From Candidatus Hydrogenedentota bacterium (GTDB lineage: Bacteria; Hydrogenedentota; Hydrogenedentia; Hydrogenedentales; SLHB01), in NCBI GenBank assembly GCA_963674865.2, contig CAXXYE010000001.1:96001-160000 (forward strand): DNA of 64,000 nt, written 5' to 3'. The translations under genes and the position numbers were made by a program. Positions 58,870 through 64,000 of this stretch are shown in pieces. A model generated the notes under the pieces. The model ran no database searches. It saw nothing but the letters and a program-made list of their open reading frames with translations, and had not been told where the DNA came from. Position 1 is the first letter of the stretch. Each line of letters begins with the position of its first letter.

Positions 58870-59751
58870 TTACGCCTCACGCAAAGCCCGGCCCAACCTG
58901 TGCTCCGGATCGAGTTTGCCTACTCGCTCGCCCATTTCCCTGGCGCGTTCACGCTGGCCCAGGCGCTGCAGGCAAAGTCCTTGCTTGACAAGGACGTCCA
59001 GGTACGAGAAGGGCTCGCCGAAGGCGGAGTAGTTTCTCCCCTGCTGCGCGCGATCTTCCGCCGCGCGGTAATGCTCGAGGGCGCGTGGAAGCTGATCTTG
59101 CACAAAGGCGATTTCGCCCCGGAAAAAGTGTCCTTCCGGCTGCTCCGGCGTCAATTCCACCTGTTTTTCGGCGAGGGCGTCCGCTTGTCCCAGCGCGTCT
59201 TCCACAAGGGCCGACTCTCTGACAAGTTTTGCCGCGCGCCCGAGGAGGAAATGGGCGGGGAAACTGGGCGCCCCGTTTGCCAGGGCCATCTGCGCCTCGC
59301 TGATGGCCTTGCGCCATTCTCCAGCGGCGAAGGCCGCCGACGCGAGGCCCAAATGCGCCCGGCCGTTCATCGGATCGATGGCGATGACTTCCTGAAAATG
59401 CTTAACCGCCTGTTCCGCCTCGCCTGCGCTCAGGAAGGCGTAGCCGAGGTCGATGCGCGCTCCAGTGTATAGCGGGCGTTCCCCTTGGATTCTACGGCCC
59501 GTCCGCGGATCGACTTGCCCACTTGCCTGTGCGGGATTCTCCAGAACGACTTGCTGCAGGATCTCAAGCGCCCGGCGCGTATCCCCCCGCCGGAGATGGC
59601 ACTTGCCAAGTTGGTGGTAGGCGGCGGTGTAATTTCGATCCAGCGAAATGGCCTTCTCGAAGCACTCGGTGGCTCGCTTGAGGTCGCCCTTCATGGCGGC
59701 CGTCAGCCCTTCGTCGTAGTAGCTCTCCGCTGATTCACCCCCAAACGGCAC
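58870..59751 (-). CDS. Tetratricopeptide repeat protein
   Basis: Multiple TPRs (A...FEKAI.LD..Y..AY..LG). Confidence 0.9.
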   Translation of the reverse strand: MPFGGESAESYYDEGLTAAMKGDLKRATECFEKAISLDRNYTAAYHQLGKCHLRRGDTRRALEILQQVVLENPAQASGQVDPRTGRRIQGERPLYTGARIDLGYAFLSAGEAEQAVKHFQEVIAIDPMNGRAHLGLASAAFAAGEWRKAISEAQMALANGAPSFPAHFLLGRAAKLVRESALVEDALGQADALAEKQVELTPEQPEGHFFRGEIAFVQDQLPRALEHYRAAEDRAQQGRNYSAFGEPFSYLDVLVKQGLCLQRLGQRERAREMGERVGKLDPEHRLGRALREA

Positions 59752-59769
59752 GGTTAATCACACTCCCTT

Positions 59770-60861
59770 CTACTGGGCCCGCAGTTCCTCCAGAACACTC
59801 AGCACAAGGTCTTCCGGTACGTCAGTGCGTTGTACTACGTGGCCCATCCCATCGGCCAGAATGAACTTCATTGTACCAGAAACGACCTTCTTGTCATGTT
59901 TCATCGCGTGAAGCGTTTCCTCCACCGGAAGGCCGGGCCAGCGCACGGGCAAGCCGTAGGCCCTCAAACACCGCCGCTGGCGTGTCACGAAGTCCTCGTC
60001 CACAAGTCCGAGTGCTTGAGCCAGTAGGCCCGCCGCGTGCATGCCTAGGGCGACGGCCTCGCCGTGGATGAATTCGCCGTAGGCGGTCACTGCTTCGAAG
60101 GCGTGTCCAAAGGTGTGGCCGTAGTTGAGGATGGCCCGCAGGCCGTTTTCCCGCTCGTCCTCCGCCACTACCGCGGCCTTGATCTCGCACGAGCGGCGAA
60201 TCGGGTGTTCCAGCGCGTCGAGGTCCAGCCCAAGTATGGCCTCGGCGTTCTGCTCCATGTAATCGAAGAGCTCCGCATCGGCGATCAGGCCGTGCTTGAT
60301 GGCCTCCGCCAATCCCGCCCGGAGCTCACGCTCCGGCAGCGTCTCAAGAACGGTGAGGTCGATAACCACGGCCGATGGCTGATGGAACGCGCCGATGATA
60401 TTCTTGCCTGACGGATGGTTGACGCCCGTCTTGCCGCCCACGCTGGAATCCACCTGCGCGACAATTGTCGTCGGGACTTGGGCAAAACGCACGCCGCGCA
60501 TGAAGCACGCGGCCGCGAATCCTCCGACATCGCCCACCACGCCCCCGCCGAGGGTCAGCACCACGCTCCGCCTGTCGAGATTCGCCTCGAGGAAGTGTCC
60601 GCAAAACTCTTCGATACGCGCCAGACGCTTGTGTGTCTCGCCGGCGGGCATCGTACATGTCGCCGTGTTGACGCCCGCCTCCGCCGCCAATTCGGCGAGG
60701 CGTTCGCCGTACAACGCGCCGACGTTTTCATCCGTGACAATGGCCACCGTTCCGGAGGCCTTTAGCTCGCGCAGCACCTGTGGAAGCTGGGCCAGCGCTC
60801 CTTGGCCGATGTGAATAGGATATGACCTGCCGCCGAGGTCCACGCGCAGTGGAGTCTCCAC
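59770..60861 (-). CDS. aroB: 3-dehydroquinate synthase
   Basis: GE..K, GGGVVGD, PTT..AQVDSSVGGKTGVN, LNYGHTFGHA, HGEAV and DKK. GTG 60861 follows AAAGGA. Confidence 0.97.
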   Translation of the reverse strand: METPLRVDLGGRSYPIHIGQGALAQLPQVLRELKASGTVAIVTDENVGALYGERLAELAAEAGVNTATCTMPAGETHKRLARIEEFCGHFLEANLDRRSVVLTLGGGVVGDVGGFAAACFMRGVRFAQVPTTIVAQVDSSVGGKTGVNHPSGKNIIGAFHQPSAVVIDLTVLETLPERELRAGLAEAIKHGLIADAELFDYMEQNAEAILGLDLDALEHPIRRSCEIKAAVVAEDERENGLRAILNYGHTFGHAFEAVTAYGEFIHGEAVALGMHAAGLLAQALGLVDEDFVTRQRRCLRAYGLPVRWPGLPVEETLHAMKHDKKVVSGTMKFILADGMGHVVQRTDVPEDLVLSVLEELRAQ

Positions 60862-60890
60862 ACCTGATTCCTTTCCTTCCGGGCCTTCCC

Positions 60891-60963
60891 GCGAAAAGCA
60901 GGGACAGACACGTCTTCGTCCGCCTGCGGCGGACTCCGCAGGTGTCAGTCCCGGTTTTTCGCT
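60891..60963. repeat. GGGAC(A/T)GACAC-family palindromic repeat with an internal CCGCC-N4-GGCGG hairpin
   Basis: GCGAAAAGCAGGGACAGACAC...GTGTCAGTCCCGGTTTTTCGC. Confidence 0.8.
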
Positions 60964-61291
60964 TCTTCTTGGCGTTTCTTCATCCAGGACAAGCCATGTC
61001 AATCATGCGTCAGGACATTAGGAGTCCGGCCTGAAGGCGCGGTTCCTGGTGAGTGTGGCCAGAAAACACTTGTAGGCGCTTCTGTATCAACACCCAAAGC
61101 TCTCAGCTTTCGTCATACGGTGGCTCTCTTGCCGCACCCCTAGAAAGGGCGCCGGCCGCAAGATAGCCGGTATTCTATGGCCGCTTCTCTTGCGAAGCAA
61201 ATTGCGTTTGCCCCGTGCGGTTTATCTCTCGTCGGGGATGGCCTACAATGCGTCGCACCGTCGAGGCGTGTCAATTCGTGGAGTAGACGCG

Positions 61292-62299
61292 ATGAAAGCC
61301 ATGGTTCTTGAAGACATTGCCCCCATCGAAACGGCGCCGCTCGAATGGCGGGATCTCCCCGAACCGGAGCCGGGGCCGGGCGAAGTGCGGCTCCGGGTGC
61401 GATGCTGCGCCGTCTGCCGCACCGACCTCCACGTCATCGAGGGAGAACTCCCGCGGCACACGCTGCCCATCATCCCCGGCCATCAGATCGTCGGCGTAGT
61501 TGATAAGCTTGGGCCAGGCTGCGCGGGGGTGGTCCTTGGCCAGCGGGTCGGCGTGGCGTGGCTTCGTCATACCTGCGGCACGTGCGCCTTCTGCACCGCC
61601 GGCCGCGAGAACTTGTGCGAATCCTCCCGGTACACCGGCTACCACGCCGATGGCGGCTACGCCGAGTATGCCGTCGTCCCCGCCGACTTTGCCTATCCCA
61701 TTCCCGATGCCTTCGACGACGTGGACGCCGCCCCGCTGCTCTGCGCCGGCATCATCGGCTACAGCGCCTTGCGCCGCTCAGCCATCGCTGATCGGGGCGT
61801 CCTGGCCCTGTACGGATTCGGATCATCGGCCCACGTTGTGCTCCAGATCGCCAAACACCGCGGCTGTAAAGTGTCAGTTGTCTCCCGAGGCGGCGCGCAC
61901 CTACAACTCGCACGCGAAATGGGCGCTGACTGGGCCGGCATCGATCCCGCCGAGATGCCGGAGAAGGCCGACAGCGCCATCAGTTTCGCCCCCGTTGGCC
62001 ACCTCGTGCCCCCCGCCTTGAAGGCTCTGAAGAAGGGCGGCGTTCTTGCCCTGGCGGGCATCTACATGACGGATATCCCCCCGCTGAACTACGAGGAACA
62101 CGTCTTCTACGAGCGCGATATCCGCTCCGTCACCGCCAATACGCGCGAGGACGGCCGCGCCCTTCTTGCCGAAGCCGCCCAGATTCCCATCCGCCCGCAT
62201 GTCACAACCTTTCCTCTCCGGGAGGCCAACCGCGTCCTTCAGGATCTCAAAGCCGGCCATATCAACGGCACCGGCGTGCTCATCGTCGAGTTAGAATGA
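61292..62299 (+). CDS. Zinc-dependent alcohol dehydrogenase family protein
   Basis: VCRTDLH, PGHQIVG, CxxCxxCx7C, LLCAGIIGY and YGFG. Confidence 0.92.
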   Translation: MKAMVLEDIAPIETAPLEWRDLPEPEPGPGEVRLRVRCCAVCRTDLHVIEGELPRHTLPIIPGHQIVGVVDKLGPGCAGVVLGQRVGVAWLRHTCGTCAFCTAGRENLCESSRYTGYHADGGYAEYAVVPADFAYPIPDAFDDVDAAPLLCAGIIGYSALRRSAIADRGVLALYGFGSSAHVVLQIAKHRGCKVSVVSRGGAHLQLAREMGADWAGIDPAEMPEKADSAISFAPVGHLVPPALKALKKGGVLALAGIYMTDIPPLNYEEHVFYERDIRSVTANTREDGRALLAEAAQIPIRPHVTTFPLREANRVLQDLKAGHINGTGVLIVELE

Positions 62300-62400
62300 G
62301 CCGGAAAATGGACAGGATGAACAAGATTTCTAGGACTTGCGTGCTCAGTGTTGCCGGCCGTGTCTCCCAAAGCGGCCTTTCTGGTAATTCTCATAGGCGC

Positions 62401-62460
62401 GGAAAGCGGGGACAGACACGTCTCCGCTCTGCTTCGCTTGTGTCAGTCCCCGTTTTCCGC
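62401..62460. repeat. GGGAC(A/T)GACAC-family palindromic repeat
   Basis: GGGGACAGACAC...GTGTCAGTCCCC. Confidence 0.8.
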
Positions 62461-62540
62461 TCATCGATACGCGTCTCTACCGGCTAGAAGCTCTGCGGGG
62501 CTACCGCCGGGAAACAAGGGCGCTTGAGGGTAACCACGCG

Positions 62541-62662
62541 CGTCATTCCCGCGCACGCGGGAATCCAGTCAGGTAGGGAGGTGCTTAAGCAATCGCGGTG
62601 CCGTAGTCCTTGGGGTGTTCTTGACAACGTGTTTCTGGATACCTGCTTTCGCGGATATGACG
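62541..62662. repeat. Inverted pair of GTCATTCCCGC..GCGGGAATCCAG (dRS3-like) repeats
   Basis: ATTCCC-N8-GGGAAT within 62541-62568, with a degenerate inverted partner at 62635-62662. Confidence 0.65.
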
Positions 62663-62879
62663 CTTGTCGCGAAGAGCCGGAGAGAGGGCGCGAGTCAGTT
62701 CTGGGAGGTGCCAACGGAAGGCGCCGTTAGGCGCGGGGCTGCGGCTTTGGTGCGGGCTCATCCGAATACGCGGCACGCGGCGGTTGTATCACAATAGAGC
62801 GTGTGAGGAGGTGCGCACCATTGAGGAAGGGCACGTGCGTTTCGGCGTCTTCGTCAACGGTGAGTGGCAGGAGAGCGAC

Positions 62880-62917
62880 TTGACGTTTGCTGCAAGGTGT
62901 ACCATACTATTGATACA
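62880..62917 (+). promoter_or_regulatory. Sigma70-like promoter with an overlapping TGTA-N12-TACA palindrome
   Basis: TTGACG-N17-CATACT. TGTACCATACTATTGATACA lies at 62898-62917. Confidence 0.5.
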
Positions 62918-63017
62918 ATCTCTTCACGGCTGGACGGGGGAGTAATCCGCATGGTGAACGAGTTCACGCAGGCTGGCTTGCGGTACGTCGCCGTAGCGAA
63001 GCCAAGGGCCGGCTTCT

Positions 63018-63086
63018 GAAAAGCAGCGACAGACACGTCTCGTCCGCCGGAGGCGGACTCGCTTGCGTCAGTCCCCGTTTTTCGCG
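63018..63086. repeat. GGGAC(A/T)GACAC-family palindromic repeat with an internal hairpin
   Basis: GCGACAGACACGTCT-CGTCCGCCGGAGGCGGACTC-GCTTGCGTCAGTCCCC. Confidence 0.75.
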
Positions 63087-63155
63087 TTTTCTTGGTGTTT
63101 TCTCGTCCCCGGATAAGCGACGTCGATTGTGAGTCAGAACGCTAGGAGGACGCCG

Positions 63156-64000
63156 ATGCACGGCAAATACCGCGCCCTCATCTGGGAACAGGCCCGCCTC
63201 GCCGGCGTGCTCTCCGCGTGGTGTCTCGCCGTCGCACTTCTTTTCCTGTTTTCGCTGTGGCTGGGCATGCGCGGGGTGGAGTATTCCCTCGAAGATGCTC
63301 AGGAGGCGGCGACGTACGCCGTGCTTTTCGGCGGGGCAGTTGTCAGCGGCCTCTACACATTCAGGTTCGACAACGCAGGCCACCTTGTCCAGGGCTTTGA
63401 CGCCAGGCTGTATCGCTTGCCTGTAGAGACTTGGTTTCTCGTTACCACCATTCTCGCCTGCCGCATCGTGGGCCTGCTCGTGGTCGTCCTCGGCGGCATC
63501 CTTACAAGCAATATGCTTCTTGACACCGGCATTGCGCCGCTCCACGCGCTATGGATCCTAACGCTATACCTGATCGCCCAGGCGGGCTCCTGGAGCGGCA
63601 ACGCGTTGCCCTACCTCAAGTATCTTGCCGTGTGCGTCCTCGCCGCCGCCTTGCTCCTGATCGTCCGCAGCACTTATCCGGGGCGGATGCCTGTCGATTC
63701 GTATGCTGGGCTCTCTGAGTTCTTCCACGGTACGGCGCTATGGGTGTCCGGTTGTCTAGCGCTTGCCTCGGGCGCCGCCGGGGGCAGCTTCGCCTCTATT
63801 GTGTGGGATCGCCACGGCGAACGGCGGGGGCCTCGCCCGCTCAGGGAACTGTGGGAGCAATTGGCGGATGTCCGTCGCGGAGACGCCACGCGATTCAAGT
63901 CAGCCTTTACCGCTCAGTGCTGGATTGAGCGCCGGCGATTCGGCTGGCTTCTCCCCGTGGCCGTTGTGGGCGGGACACTGCTCTTGGCTATCGCGTCCGT
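63156..64000 (+). CDS. Multi-TM membrane protein, ABC-2 permease-like (runs off the window; absent from the ORF track)
   Basis: AGGAGGA RBS and a frame open to the window end: MHGKYRALIWEQARL...LYRLPV... A second W.E.RR repeat start lies near the end. Confidence 0.75.
   Translation, partial: MHGKYRALIWEQARLAGVLSAWCLAVALLFLFSLWLGMRGVEYSLEDAQEAATYAVLFGGAVVSGLYTFRFDNAGHLVQGFDARLYRLPVETWFLVTTILACRIVGLLVVVLGGILTSNMLLDTGIAPLHALWILTLYLIAQAGSWSGNALPYLKYLAVCVLAAALLLIVRSTYPGRMPVDSYAGLSEFFHGTALWVSGCLALASGAAGGSFASIVWDRHGERRGPRPLRELWEQLADVRRGDATRFKSAFTAQCWIERRRFGWLLPVAVVGGTLLLAIAS

Noticed and set aside
60862..61002. N-terminal extension of AroB
   Set aside because: It reads through a palindromic repeat. 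The RBS supports GTG 60861.
61125..61175. c-di-GMP-I riboswitch-like GAAA / GCAA pattern
   Set aside because: It lacks GCAAAC and the tetraloop-receptor P3 stem.

Overview
GC-rich bacterial chromosomal window from a probable anaerobic, saccharolytic diderm. The gene content and the Gly-Cys-Pro lipoproteins suggest Candidatus Hydrogenedentes, but this is inference only. Carbohydrate genes include a sugar ABC binding protein, GH2, two GH38, a GH63-like enzyme, a propeller-esterase fusion and a PL22-like lyase. Other genes are a flavodiiron protein, a sigma54-driven amtB-glnK pair, and an energy block of 2[4Fe-4S] ferredoxin (missed by the ORF track), PFOR and a divergent rnfBCDGEA operon ending in an unassigned Cys/His-rich small membrane ORF. 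There is also a three-gene surface lipoprotein locus (LRR protein plus two paralogous Ig-repeat/VWA/cohesin-like proteins), aroB with a TPR neighbour, and a glycosyltransferase fused to an apparently degenerate radical-SAM domain. Intergenic DNA is rich in palindromic mobile repeats: a RAYT/IS200-like transposase inside a REP/REPIN-like array, a dispersed GGGAC(A/T)GACAC hairpin family, and a 151-bp MITE with a 5-bp target duplication nested in one of those hairpins. No tRNA, rRNA or CRISPR array was seen. All family calls come from motif recognition by eye, with no database search.
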